This document shows positions 37,367 to 46,172 of a stretch of DNA of 64,000 nucleotides, one piece after another. The stretch lies in NCBI GenBank assembly GCA_022826195.1, contig JAJDVI010000012.1:71583-135582 (forward strand), in the 5' to 3' direction. Origin of the DNA: Acidobacteriota bacterium. GTDB taxonomy: Bacteria; Acidobacteriota; Vicinamibacteria; Marinacidobacterales; Marinacidobacteraceae. The position numbers were made by a program, and so were the translations under genes. The stretch's first letter is position 1. Every line of letters begins with the position of its first letter. The notes under the pieces are model-generated. The model ran no database searches, had not been told where the DNA came from, and was given only the letters and a program-made list of their open reading frames with translations.

Positions 37367-39670
37367 CTACCGCCGGTAGGACCGCGCGCGGCGGACCTCG
37401 CGTTCCGCCTCGGCGGTGCGGCCCTGCCGGTTGTAGACGTCGGCGAGCACGAAGTGCCCGAGGGGCGCCATCTCCGCCTCCGGTTCGAGGGCGAGGCCGC
37501 GAAGCGCGGTTTCCTCGGCTTCTCCCAGTTCGCCCCGGTCGAGCAGCGCCTTGGACAGATAGAGATATCCGACCGCGAACGCGTCGTTGTGCTCGAGGGC
37601 GGCACGGAACGACGCCTCCATGCGCTCCGGATCTCCCATCGCCCCGTAGAGCTTCGCGACGTTGAAGTGCGACCGGAAGTCCTTCGGCGCCATCTCGAGC
37701 CGGGTTTCGTAGGCCTGGATGGCGCCCGAGCCGTCTCCTCGTTCCTCGAAAAGCAGGGCCAGGTTGTACCAGGCGTCCGAGAGCTGGTCGTCCATCTCCA
37801 GCGCGAGGCGCAGCTCGGCCTCGGCCTCGTCGAGTCGGCCGAGGCTGAGGAGGCACTCGCCCTTCAGGTTCCGGGCCGGCGCCCGCTCCTCGCCGGTGGC
37901 CTCGAGACCGGCGAGCACCTCGAGCGCCGCTTCGTACTCTCCCTCGGCCGCGTGGATTTCGGCCAGGTGGTAGTGGGCCTTGTTGTCGTTGGGGTCCAGC
38001 TCCAGCAGCCGCCGGTAGCCGGCCGCGGCTTCGCCATAGCGCTCGGCGAGCCGGTACGCGTCCGCGAGTCCCAGGATCGCGGACTTGTATTCGGGATCGA
38101 GCGCCAGCGCTTCCCGGTAGGCGCCGATGGCCCCGCTCCAGTCTTCGAGCTTGACGTGGAGGTTGCCGAGGATCAGGTGCGCTTCCAGGATGCCGGGGTC
38201 CTCGGCGAGCACGCGCTCCACCTTGGCCATCGCGTCCTCGATCCGGTCCTCGGTGGAGTCGGTACCGGCTTCCTTCAGCAGGTTGTAGAGGACGATCTTG
38301 TCCTTGGGGTCGGCGAGTTCCTCCCCTTCTGCCACCCGGACGCGCGAAGAGCCGCCCAGGTAGCCGAGCGCGGCGAGCTGGGCGCGCGTCTCCTCGTCCA
38401 GGGTCTCGGGGGCCGCTTCGTCGGCTCCTTCCTTCTCGTACTCGGCCACCAGTCGGTCGAGCCGCGCCTGGAGCTGGCGCACCTGTCCCGGCCGTTCGGG
38501 GGCGAGATTCCGCGTTTGGCCCGGATCCTCGAGCACCTCGAAGAGTTCCGGCCGCGGCGCCGAGATGAAGTGGAGCAGGCCGTTGCGGAGGGCGCGGAGC
38601 GGAGCCCAGCCGTAGTGGTTCCGGGGGTAGAAGCTCTCCGAATACGCCCAGAGTCCCAGGTCGGTCTCCGTTCCGTCGGCGAGCGGCACGAGGCTCGCGC
38701 CCTGCACGTCGCCCGGGACCCCAACCCCCACCAGGTCGAGGACCGTCGGCATCAGGTCGATCCCGCGCACCTGGGCGGGGACGCGCAGTCCGCGGCCGAT
38801 CTGGCGGTAGGGCGCCCGGAGGAGGAAGGGCACCTGCATCGCGGCGTCGTAGATGAAGAACCCGTGCGCCCCCTCCCGGTGCCGGCCGAGGCTCTCGCCG
38901 TGGTCCCCCATCAGGACGAGCAACGTGTCGTCCGCGAGTTCGTTCTCGTCCAGCCAGTCGAGCAACCGCCCGACAAGGGAATCGGTGAACAGCACCTCCG
39001 CGTCGTAGGGCGCTTCCGAATAGCCGCTGACCCGGGACGCCCAGGGCTCCGGCGCCTCGTAGGGCCAGTGCGGGTCGTAGAGGTGGATCCAGGAGAAGAA
39101 CCGTTCCTCCTTCACCCCGTCCATCCAGTCGAGCGCCGCATCGACGACCTCGTCCCCGGGGCGCTGCACGCTGTCGAGGCTGATCCGCTCGAACTCGCGG
39201 AAGTTGAAGTCGTCGAAGTAGCGGTCGAATCCCTGGTCGAGACCCCAGCGGGAATCGACGACGAAGGCGGCGACGAACGCGCCGGTGCGGTACCCCGCCG
39301 CGTTCAACACCTCGGCGAGGGTTTCGGAGTCCTCTCGGACGTAGTAACCGCCGTTGTCCCGCACTCCGTTGAACATCGGGTAGGTCCCGGTGAACATGGA
39401 GGTGTGGGAGGGCAGGGTGAGCGGCACGGTGGCGGTCGCCTGCTCGAAGAGCACGCCCTCCGCCGCGATCCGTCCGAAGGCGGACGTCTGGATCCGGTCG
39501 TTGCCGTACTGGGTCAGGTGACGCGCCGAAAGGGTGTCGAGGGTGACCACCACGACGTTCAGGGGCCGGACCTCGTCGGTTCCCCCCGGTAGTCCCGCGC
39601 ATCCCGCGCCGAGGAGCGCGGCCAGGCCCGCGGCGGCCAGGTCGAACCGAACGTGCGTGCGCGGGAACAT
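37367..39670 (-). CDS. Alkaline-phosphatase-superfamily hydrolase (sulfatase/NPP-like, Thr-x-Pro-Ser-His active-site variant) fused to C-terminal TPR repeats; lipoprotein
   Basis: lipobox LLGAGCAG; TLPSHTSMFTGTYPMFNGV and LMGDHGESLG motifs; >=7 TPR repeats in C-terminal 330 aa. Confidence 0.65.
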   Translation of the reverse strand: MFPRTHVRFDLAAAGLAALLGAGCAGLPGGTDEVRPLNVVVVTLDTLSARHLTQYGNDRIQTSAFGRIAAEGVLFEQATATVPLTLPSHTSMFTGTYPMFNGVRDNGGYYVREDSETLAEVLNAAGYRTGAFVAAFVVDSRWGLDQGFDRYFDDFNFREFERISLDSVQRPGDEVVDAALDWMDGVKEERFFSWIHLYDPHWPYEAPEPWASRVSGYSEAPYDAEVLFTDSLVGRLLDWLDENELADDTLLVLMGDHGESLGRHREGAHGFFIYDAAMQVPFLLRAPYRQIGRGLRVPAQVRGIDLMPTVLDLVGVGVPGDVQGASLVPLADGTETDLGLWAYSESFYPRNHYGWAPLRALRNGLLHFISAPRPELFEVLEDPGQTRNLAPERPGQVRQLQARLDRLVAEYEKEGADEAAPETLDEETRAQLAALGYLGGSSRVRVAEGEELADPKDKIVLYNLLKEAGTDSTEDRIEDAMAKVERVLAEDPGILEAHLILGNLHVKLEDWSGAIGAYREALALDPEYKSAILGLADAYRLAERYGEAAAGYRRLLELDPNDNKAHYHLAEIHAAEGEYEAALEVLAGLEATGEERAPARNLKGECLLSLGRLDEAEAELRLALEMDDQLSDAWYNLALLFEERGDGSGAIQAYETRLEMAPKDFRSHFNVAKLYGAMGDPERMEASFRAALEHNDAFAVGYLYLSKALLDRGELGEAEETALRGLALEPEAEMAPLGHFVLADVYNRQGRTAEAEREVRRARSYRR

Positions 39671-39711
39671 GCTGGGCGGATTATCGCCTCACGCTCGGAC
39701 GCAGACCTGTT

Positions 39712-39768
39712 CCGGTGGCGCCAGGAGTATGGAGCATCATCCACATAATCATGTGGTAATATGCCACC
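39712..39768. promoter_or_regulatory. AT-rich promoter/operator region with palindrome CCACATaatcATGTGG upstream of the mazEF-like operon
   Basis: GGAGCATCATCCACATAATCATGTGGTAATATGCCACCATG; TAATAT -10-like. Confidence 0.4.
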
Positions 39769-40008
39769 ATGAAGGCGGTGCAGATCAACTTCTCCGAGGA
39801 CTTGCTGGCGCGTCTCGATGCCGACGAGATCGTCCGCGAGCTCGGTCGTTCCGAGGTCGTCCGGCGGATGGTGGAGGGCTATCTCCGCCGCCGGGAATCC
39901 CAGCGCATCGACGAATCACTGATCCGCGGCTATGGGCCGGAATTCCCGCCCATCGAGGAAGAACTGGAAGGCTGGACGGAGGCTGCCGCGGCGTGGCGCG
40001 AACCGTAA
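39769..40008 (+). CDS. Ribbon-helix-helix antitoxin (MazE/CopG-like)
   Basis: MKAVQINFSEDLLARLDADEIVRELGRSEVVRRMVEGYL; overlaps toxin start. Confidence 0.6.
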   Translation: MKAVQINFSEDLLARLDADEIVRELGRSEVVRRMVEGYLRRRESQRIDESLIRGYGPEFPPIEEELEGWTEAAAAWREP

Positions 40009-40352
40009 GGCGCGGAGACCTCTGGCTCTACGAATTCCGTTCCCCCGATCGGCGGCGTCCGGTTCTGGTGCTGACGCGGGAGGTCATCGTGAATCGGCTC
40101 CAGACCGTTACCGTGGCGCCGATCACCTCGACGATTCGCGGGAACGCGACCGAGGTGCGCGTGGGGACGTTCGAGGGCCTGAAACACGAATCCGTGGTGA
40201 ACCTCGACCACGTCCAGACGGTCCCGCGGACGGATCTCCGCCAGTGGATCGGGCGGCTCGGCCCCGGCCGGATGTTCGAGGTCTGTCAGGCGCTGAACGC
40301 GGCTTTCGGATGCGAGGCGACGATGGTTCGCGAGGAGCTCTGGGTGTTCTGA
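39993..40352 (+). CDS. mazF: MazF/PemK-family mRNA interferase toxin
   Basis: RGDLWLYEF...RRPVLVLT...VAPITS canonical MazF/Kid motifs; GTG start. Confidence 0.75.
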   Translation: MARTVRRGDLWLYEFRSPDRRRPVLVLTREVIVNRLQTVTVAPITSTIRGNATEVRVGTFEGLKHESVVNLDHVQTVPRTDLRQWIGRLGPGRMFEVCQALNAAFGCEATMVREELWVF

Positions 40353-40418
40353 CGGCGGACAGCCCCGACCCGAGGCGAGTCCGTGGCATCACTCGTTGGC
40401 TGCCAGAATCGCTCAGCC

Positions 40419-40658
40419 ATGAAACGACGGGCCACGCTCACCGTCGCCGCCGACGATCTTGAGACGATTCGCGCCGAAGCCGGGCGACGGGGAGTGTCGT
40501 TGAACGCTCTACTCAGCGAGATCGTCGCCGAGCGGGCGGCGGAACTCCGGTCCCGGCGGAAACCCCGCCTGGGACTCGGTGGTAGCGGAAGCGGCGATCT
40601 TTCGCGACAAAGCGTCGAGGACGAAGCCTCTCCGGCTCGCGCTCCCCGGCGCGGTTGA
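40419..40658 (+). CDS. Ribbon-helix-helix antitoxin (CopG/VapB-like)
   Basis: MKRRATLTVAADDLETIRAEAGRRGVSLNALLSEIVAERAAE. Confidence 0.55.
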   Translation: MKRRATLTVAADDLETIRAEAGRRGVSLNALLSEIVAERAAELRSRRKPRLGLGGSGSGDLSRQSVEDEASPARAPRRG

Positions 40659-40907
40659 TGGCCCTCGTCCCCGATACCGGGCCGATCGTCGAACGTGCTC
40701 GACTGCGACGATACCGAACCGCTGCGAGCCGTTGAGCTCGGGCGCCGGTACGTGGACCTCGATCTGGGGTTCGTGGATGCGGCCGTGATCGCCATCTGCG
40801 AATCGCTGGGGGAGACGAAAGTCGCGACCCTGGACCGCCGGCACTTCGGCGTCGTCCGCCCCGCGCACTGCGAACGGCTGCGGCTTCTGCCGGAGGGAAA
40901 TGCCTAG
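40658..40907 (+). pseudogene. Degraded PIN-domain (VapC-like) toxin gene: 13-aa N-terminal fragment in one frame, 70-aa C-terminal part in another
   Basis: ATG 40658 gives MALVPDTGPIVER (PIN N-motif) then stop; +1 frame from GTG 40695 gives ...YVDLDLGFVDAAVIAICESLGETKVATLDRRHF (PIN C-motif); total too short for intact PIN. Confidence 0.4.
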
Positions 40908-41085
40908 GGCGAGCCCGCGCCCTCTGTTTTGGTCCTTGCCGGTTCCCCAAGCCTCCGCGGGCTTCTCGTTGCCGGGGTTCCGGCCGGTTGACACGCCCCC
41001 TCCCGAGTCCATACGGTTCGGAATTGGACTGGAGGCGGTTTTGGTCGTCTTCCGGGTCCGCAACTTCCATCTCCAGGGGGTTTGG

Positions 41086-43917
41086 ATGACTCGATCTCGA
41101 AGAGCAATTGGAGGCCTGCTGGCGCTCGGACTCGTCCTTGGCGCCGGCCCGGCGTTCGGCCAGATCACGGGCACGATCCTGGGGAGCGTCTCCGACGACC
41201 AGGGGCTTGTGCTCCCCGGGGCGACGGTGAGCGTCGCCTCGGAACAGCTTCCCGGGGGTCCCCGGATGGCGGTAACGAACGCGTCCGGGCAATACCGCTT
41301 CCCCAACCTGCCTCCCGGCGACTACACGCTGACCATCGAACTCCCGGGCTTCGGGACGTACATCGAGGACGGGATGCAGGTGCTGGTGGGAGGCACGGTA
41401 GAACGGAACGTTTCCCTCACGCTCGCCACCGTCGCCGAGACCGTGACGGTGACCGGTGAGACCCCGGTGGTGGACACCCGCAAATCCGGCGTGTCCACGA
41501 ACTACTCGAGCGAGTACATGGAGAACACTCCGCTCCGCCGGTTCAGCTTCTTCGACTTCACGAAGTCCGCTCCCGGCATGTCGGCGACGAACCCGACGAG
41601 CGGCACCAGCAGTCGGGTCTCCGCCTTCGGCTCCGGGGTGGACGAGAACAAGTACCTGATGGACGGGGTGGACTTCACCGCGCCGGTGTCCGGAGCCGCT
41701 TGGCCGTGGCCGGCCACCGACCTGATCGAGGAAATGGAGATCGTCTCCCTCGGCGCTTCGGCGGAACACGGAAGCGCGGCGGGGGCCGTCTTCAACGTCG
41801 TGACGAAGCAGGGCACGAACGACCTCACGATCACGGCTTCCGGCTACAAGCAGCACAGCGCGCTCACCACCCAGCCCATCAAGCTCAACGCCGACGGCGA
41901 CGAGGATCCGAACGGCTGGGGGTACAACCGGGACCGCTACGACGACTACACGATCCATGGCGGAGGACCGATCATCCGGGACCGGGCGTGGCTCTACGCG
42001 AACTATCAGTACCTGCAGGACTGGGACACCCAGCCCGGGGCGGACCCGCAGTTCCCCCGGAAGTTCGGCGCCCACCGCATGTTCTGGAAGCTGACGGCGG
42101 ACCTCACCCCGAACGTCAAGTTCATGCACACCTACCACGACGACATCTGGGTGATCCCGTCCACGCCGTCGGTGACGCGCCCCTTTTCCACCATCGCCAC
42201 CTTCAGCGGGAAGAACCCCTCGGTGACCTTCGGGCGGATCACGCACGTCCTGAGTTCCGAGACCTTCTATGAGGTCGGGGTATCGGGTTTCTACTCTCCT
42301 CGCGATCTCAGCGAATCGAACAACCCGGGGGTCCCCAACACCCTCGACATCGACAACGGATTCCACTACGGCGGTTACGCGTGGTACGACATCTTCAAGC
42401 AAGCGCGCACCGACGTGAAGGCGAAGGTCAGTCACTTCGCGAGCGACTGGATAGGCGCGGACCACGACTTCAAGTTCGGCGTCGTGTATACGGACGGCTC
42501 CCACAGCGTGCACGGCGGCTATGTGCCCGGCCCCAACTACCCGGGCGGCGTCCGCTACTACATCAACGGCGACGGCAGCCCCTACGGGATTATCACCGGC
42601 ACGACCTACAACATTGGGGGACAGTTCAAGGAGACGTCGGCGTACGTAGAGGACGTCATCAATGTCGGGAACCGCATCACGGTGTCCGCCGGGGTGCGCA
42701 TCGAGTCGGTGCAGGGCCTCAGCCAGGATGTGCCCGACCTGCTGGTGAACGACCTGGTGGCGCTCACGTTCGACGAGCAGGGGACCGTTGCCGGCGCCGG
42801 GGAGCAGTTCAGTTGGACCAACGTGGGGCCGAGGTTCGGCTTCAACATGCGGCTCGACGACGACGGGAAGACCGTCCTGCGCGGCAACTGGGGCCGTTTC
42901 TACCGGACCGCCATCACCGGTGAGCTGAGCGGCATCCACCCCGGGCAGGGAAGCCAGCAGGAGTTCTATTGGAACGAGGAGACCGGGCTCTACGACATCG
43001 AGGGGCCCAAGTACACGGCGAGCACCGACTTCGGGTACGACTCCAATTCCCGGTCGCCGGTGACGGACCAAATGTCCATCGGTTTCGATCGGGAACTCGG
43101 AACCAGCCTCGCCTTCAACTTCACCTACGTCCGCAAGGACCAGAACGACCTGCTCGGCTGGAACGTGGACAACGCGACCTACACGACCGTCCCACACACG
43201 TTCGGCAATGGCCAGACCCTCGACGTCTATCCCATCACGTCGGACCCGAACGCCCGGTTCTACCGTCTCAGCAACGTGGACTGCCAGGGCGTGTCCTATC
43301 GCTGCGATCCGATGTACATGGACTACAACGGCCTCGTGTTCGGCCTTGAAAAGCGGATGTCCGACAACTGGCAGGCCCAGATCAACTACGTCTGGTCGAA
43401 GGCCTACGGGCTCCTGCCTTCAAGCGGGTTCGGGGCGGCGTCCAGCCAGACCACCCGGGTCTACGGCAGCTCGCTGGCCCGGGACCCGAACCAGTTCATC
43501 AACGCCGAGGGCCACCTGTTGAACGACCGGACCCACACGTTCCGGGTCACTGGGACGCTGATGCTGCCCTACGACATCCTGTTCGGCTGGAACTACGCCT
43601 ACTTCAACGGCAAGCCTTGGGCGACGCGCGACCGGGTCGAGCGTGACGTCCTGCCTCAGGGCGGCCGCAGCATCTATCTCGAGAGCCCGGGATCGCAGCG
43701 ACTCGAAGACCAGAACCTGTTGGACTTCCGGATTTCGACATCGGTGTTCCTCGCCGACACGACCCGGTTCGAAGTGTTCGTTGACGCGCTGAACCTCCTG
43801 AACTCGACGTCAACCGAGGACGTAGCGTCCCAGACCTGGGACTCCAGCGTGTTCGGCATCGGCGAGCGCTGGGTGGATCCTCGCCGGCTCATGGTGGGCG
43901 TCAAGATCACCTACTGA
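41086..43917 (+). CDS. Outer-membrane TonB-dependent-receptor-like protein with N-terminal carboxypeptidase-regulatory-like domain
   Basis: signal peptide; GTILGSVSDDQGLVLPGATVSV...NASGQYRFPNLPPGDYTL (CarboxypepD_reg); ~940 aa with a C-terminal Tyr as in outer-membrane beta-barrels. Confidence 0.65.
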   Translation: MTRSRRAIGGLLALGLVLGAGPAFGQITGTILGSVSDDQGLVLPGATVSVASEQLPGGPRMAVTNASGQYRFPNLPPGDYTLTIELPGFGTYIEDGMQVLVGGTVERNVSLTLATVAETVTVTGETPVVDTRKSGVSTNYSSEYMENTPLRRFSFFDFTKSAPGMSATNPTSGTSSRVSAFGSGVDENKYLMDGVDFTAPVSGAAWPWPATDLIEEMEIVSLGASAEHGSAAGAVFNVVTKQGTNDLTITASGYKQHSALTTQPIKLNADGDEDPNGWGYNRDRYDDYTIHGGGPIIRDRAWLYANYQYLQDWDTQPGADPQFPRKFGAHRMFWKLTADLTPNVKFMHTYHDDIWVIPSTPSVTRPFSTIATFSGKNPSVTFGRITHVLSSETFYEVGVSGFYSPRDLSESNNPGVPNTLDIDNGFHYGGYAWYDIFKQARTDVKAKVSHFASDWIGADHDFKFGVVYTDGSHSVHGGYVPGPNYPGGVRYYINGDGSPYGIITGTTYNIGGQFKETSAYVEDVINVGNRITVSAGVRIESVQGLSQDVPDLLVNDLVALTFDEQGTVAGAGEQFSWTNVGPRFGFNMRLDDDGKTVLRGNWGRFYRTAITGELSGIHPGQGSQQEFYWNEETGLYDIEGPKYTASTDFGYDSNSRSPVTDQMSIGFDRELGTSLAFNFTYVRKDQNDLLGWNVDNATYTTVPHTFGNGQTLDVYPITSDPNARFYRLSNVDCQGVSYRCDPMYMDYNGLVFGLEKRMSDNWQAQINYVWSKAYGLLPSSGFGAASSQTTRVYGSSLARDPNQFINAEGHLLNDRTHTFRVTGTLMLPYDILFGWNYAYFNGKPWATRDRVERDVLPQGGRSIYLESPGSQRLEDQNLLDFRISTSVFLADTTRFEVFVDALNLLNSTSTEDVASQTWDSSVFGIGERWVDPRRLMVGVKITY

Positions 43918-43936
43918 CCCTACGGGTAGCCCACTT

Positions 43937-43966
43937 CGGGGCGGGGGCCTCCGGGTCCCCGCCCCT
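43937..43966 (+). terminator. Putative intrinsic terminator
   Basis: GGGGCGGGGgcctccgggtCCCCGCCCC 9-bp GC stem, followed by TTCCCTTAT. Confidence 0.4.
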
Positions 43967-43972
43967 TCCCTT

Positions 43973-46135
43973 ATGGTCCCCGTCGTGAACCGGACGGGGC
44001 GGACCTACCTGGCGCTCGCGCTGGCGTTTGCGGCACTGCCATTCGCGACCGCCTCCGCGCAGGACGCCGCCGCCGACATCCGCAAGCAGGAGGCCGAGGC
44101 GCACTTCCAGCACGGCCTCCGCATGGTGGGCCTCCGCAACAACGACCGCGCCATCGAACTCTTCCAGTACGCGATCGCACTGGACCCCGACCATGCCGGA
44201 GCCCACTTCTACGTGGGCCTCGCCTACATCCAGCGCGGCTACACCAGCCTGCGGCGCGCCGACCACCACCTCTCCCGCGCCATCGCGGTCGACGGGTCGA
44301 ACCCGCGGCAGTACCACTGGCGGGGGATCGCCCGGCTGCGGCTCGGGGACTATCCGGCGGCCACCGCCGACTTCGAGGTGGTGCTCCGCGAGACCCCGGA
44401 CAGCGCCACCACCCTGCGGGCGCTCGGGGCCGCGCTGCTCCGGATGGGCGCTCCCGGTCCGGCGGCGGCGGCGCTGCGGCAAGCCGCGGACCTCGAGCCC
44501 GAGCTGCTCGAGACGCGCTGGAACCTGATGGTCGCGGCCGGGCGCGCCGGCGACGATCCGGACACGCTCCCGGAGCGCTACCGGCTCGACATCCCGGACC
44601 GCGGCGCGGCCTCTCCGTTCCGCTTCGAGGAAGTGTCCGCCGAGATCGGGATCGAACGCTGGTCCCGCGCCCGGGGAAGCGGCTGGGCCGACTTCGACGG
44701 CGACGGGGACCTCGATCTGGTCGCCCTCGGCATCCGGGATCCGCACGCGCTCTACCGGAACGGCCTGGTGGAAGACGGCGCCGCGACCTTCACTCCGGCG
44801 GCCCTTGACGCGGCCCTCTTCGACCCGCGCGGCGGCTGGTCGGCGCTCTTTTTCGACTACGACCGGGACGGCGATCCCGACCTCCACGTCACCAGGGACG
44901 GCTGGGACGGTGAGGACGCGAACAGTCTCTATCGAAACGACGGCGGCCGCTTCGTGGACGTGGCCGCCGCCGCCGGGGTTGCGAGTAAGGCGGACGGGTT
45001 CACGGCGGCGGTCGCCGACGTGAACCGGGACGGGCTGCTCGACCTCTACGTCGCCAACGGGGTGGCGACCCGGGGCGGCGCCCCGAACGAGCTCTTTCTG
45101 GGCGCGCCGGAGGGCCGCTTCGTCGAGCGCGGGGAAGCGATGGGGGTGGCCGACCACGGCCGCTCCGTCGGATCCGCATTCGGGGACTACGACGGCGACG
45201 GCTGGCCGGATCTCCTGGTCGTCAACTTCTTCGACGGCCCGGTGCTCTACCGGAACCTGGAGGGCGCTGGATTCGCGGACGTCTCGGCGCAGGCCGGCAT
45301 CGCCGCCCCTCACGAGGGGTTCGTCGGGTTCTTCTTCGACTACGACAACGACGGCTGGCTGGACGTCTTCATCGTGGGTTTCACCTCCGACATGGAGACG
45401 GCCCTGCAGAGCCAGTTGGAAGGGAAGGCGGTCCACGAGGGGAGCCGGCTGGCGCTCTACCGCAACGACCGCGACGGCACCTTCACCGACGTCACCATCG
45501 AAGCCGGCCTCTCGTGGAACCTGGGCGCCATGGCGGCCACCTCGGGCGACTACGACAACGACGGCTGGCAGGACATCTTCATCGGCGTCGGGGCGCCGCC
45601 CATGGAGCGGTTCGAGGCGAACCGGCTGTTCCGCAACCTGGGTGACGGCACCTTTGCCGACGTGAGCGCCTCGGCCGGGGTGGACGATCTGGGGAAGGGA
45701 CACGGCGCGACCTTCGCCGATCCCGATCACGACGGCGACCTCGACCTCTTCGTGCCTATCGGGGGCGCCTTCCCGGGCGACCGCCAGCGAAGCCGCTTCT
45801 ACCGGAATCCGGCGTCCCAGTTGCCGCATCCGAACGGCTGGCTCCACATCCTGCTCCGCGCCTCGGGCCTCCATCCGGACGCCGTGGGCGCCCGGGTCGC
45901 GCTCCGGGTCACCGATGCTCCGCAGGCGCCGGTACAACTCCAGGAGGTCGTGGTCGGCGGGGGCTTCGGGGTGACGCCGAGTCCGATCCTGGAATTCGGC
46001 CTCGGGCAGCACCAGACGGTGGCGGAGGTCACCATCCGCTGGCCGGGCGGTGGTCACCGGGTGCTGCGGAACGTTCCCGCCAACCAGCGGATCCTCGTGA
46101 TCGAGGACGAGCCCGGATACCAGGTCCTCAACTGA
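43973..46135 (+). CDS. CRTAC1/ASPIC-UnbV family protein: N-terminal TPR + FG-GAP/VCBS-like repeats + ASPIC/UnbV C-terminal domain
   Basis: signal peptide; repeated DxDGDGxxDL motifs (FDGDGDLDLV, DYDGDGWPDLLV, DYDNDGWLDVFI, DYDNDGWQDIFI, DPDHDGDLDLFV); C-terminal domain typical of UnbV_ASPIC. Confidence 0.7.
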   Translation: MVPVVNRTGRTYLALALAFAALPFATASAQDAAADIRKQEAEAHFQHGLRMVGLRNNDRAIELFQYAIALDPDHAGAHFYVGLAYIQRGYTSLRRADHHLSRAIAVDGSNPRQYHWRGIARLRLGDYPAATADFEVVLRETPDSATTLRALGAALLRMGAPGPAAAALRQAADLEPELLETRWNLMVAAGRAGDDPDTLPERYRLDIPDRGAASPFRFEEVSAEIGIERWSRARGSGWADFDGDGDLDLVALGIRDPHALYRNGLVEDGAATFTPAALDAALFDPRGGWSALFFDYDRDGDPDLHVTRDGWDGEDANSLYRNDGGRFVDVAAAAGVASKADGFTAAVADVNRDGLLDLYVANGVATRGGAPNELFLGAPEGRFVERGEAMGVADHGRSVGSAFGDYDGDGWPDLLVVNFFDGPVLYRNLEGAGFADVSAQAGIAAPHEGFVGFFFDYDNDGWLDVFIVGFTSDMETALQSQLEGKAVHEGSRLALYRNDRDGTFTDVTIEAGLSWNLGAMAATSGDYDNDGWQDIFIGVGAPPMERFEANRLFRNLGDGTFADVSASAGVDDLGKGHGATFADPDHDGDLDLFVPIGGAFPGDRQRSRFYRNPASQLPHPNGWLHILLRASGLHPDAVGARVALRVTDAPQAPVQLQEVVVGGGFGVTPSPILEFGLGQHQTVAEVTIRWPGGGHRVLRNVPANQRILVIEDEPGYQVLN

Positions 46136-46172
46136 GGCGCAGCCGGTTTCTCACCCTTACGATACGGGCGGC

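Noticed and set aside
37224-39602. 792-aa minus-strand and 749-aa plus-strand ORFs overlapping the AP-superfamily/TPR gene
   Set aside because: Only the 37367..39670 minus frame gives lipobox, catalytic motifs and TPR repeats. The others are Arg/Gly/Pro low-complexity.
6750-40910. Single mobile genomic island carrying the TA modules
   Set aside because: Modules are dispersed among core metabolic and housekeeping genes. No integrase, transposase, tRNA attachment site or flanking direct repeats were seen.
40513-43197. 894-aa minus-strand ORF antisense to the outer-membrane receptor gene
   Set aside because: No domain content. The sense frame has a signal peptide, a CarboxypepD_reg domain and beta-barrel features.
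43907-46057. 716-aa minus-strand ORF antisense to the CRTAC1-like gene
   Set aside because: Spurious high-GC antisense ORF. The sense frame carries repeated DxDGDG motifs.
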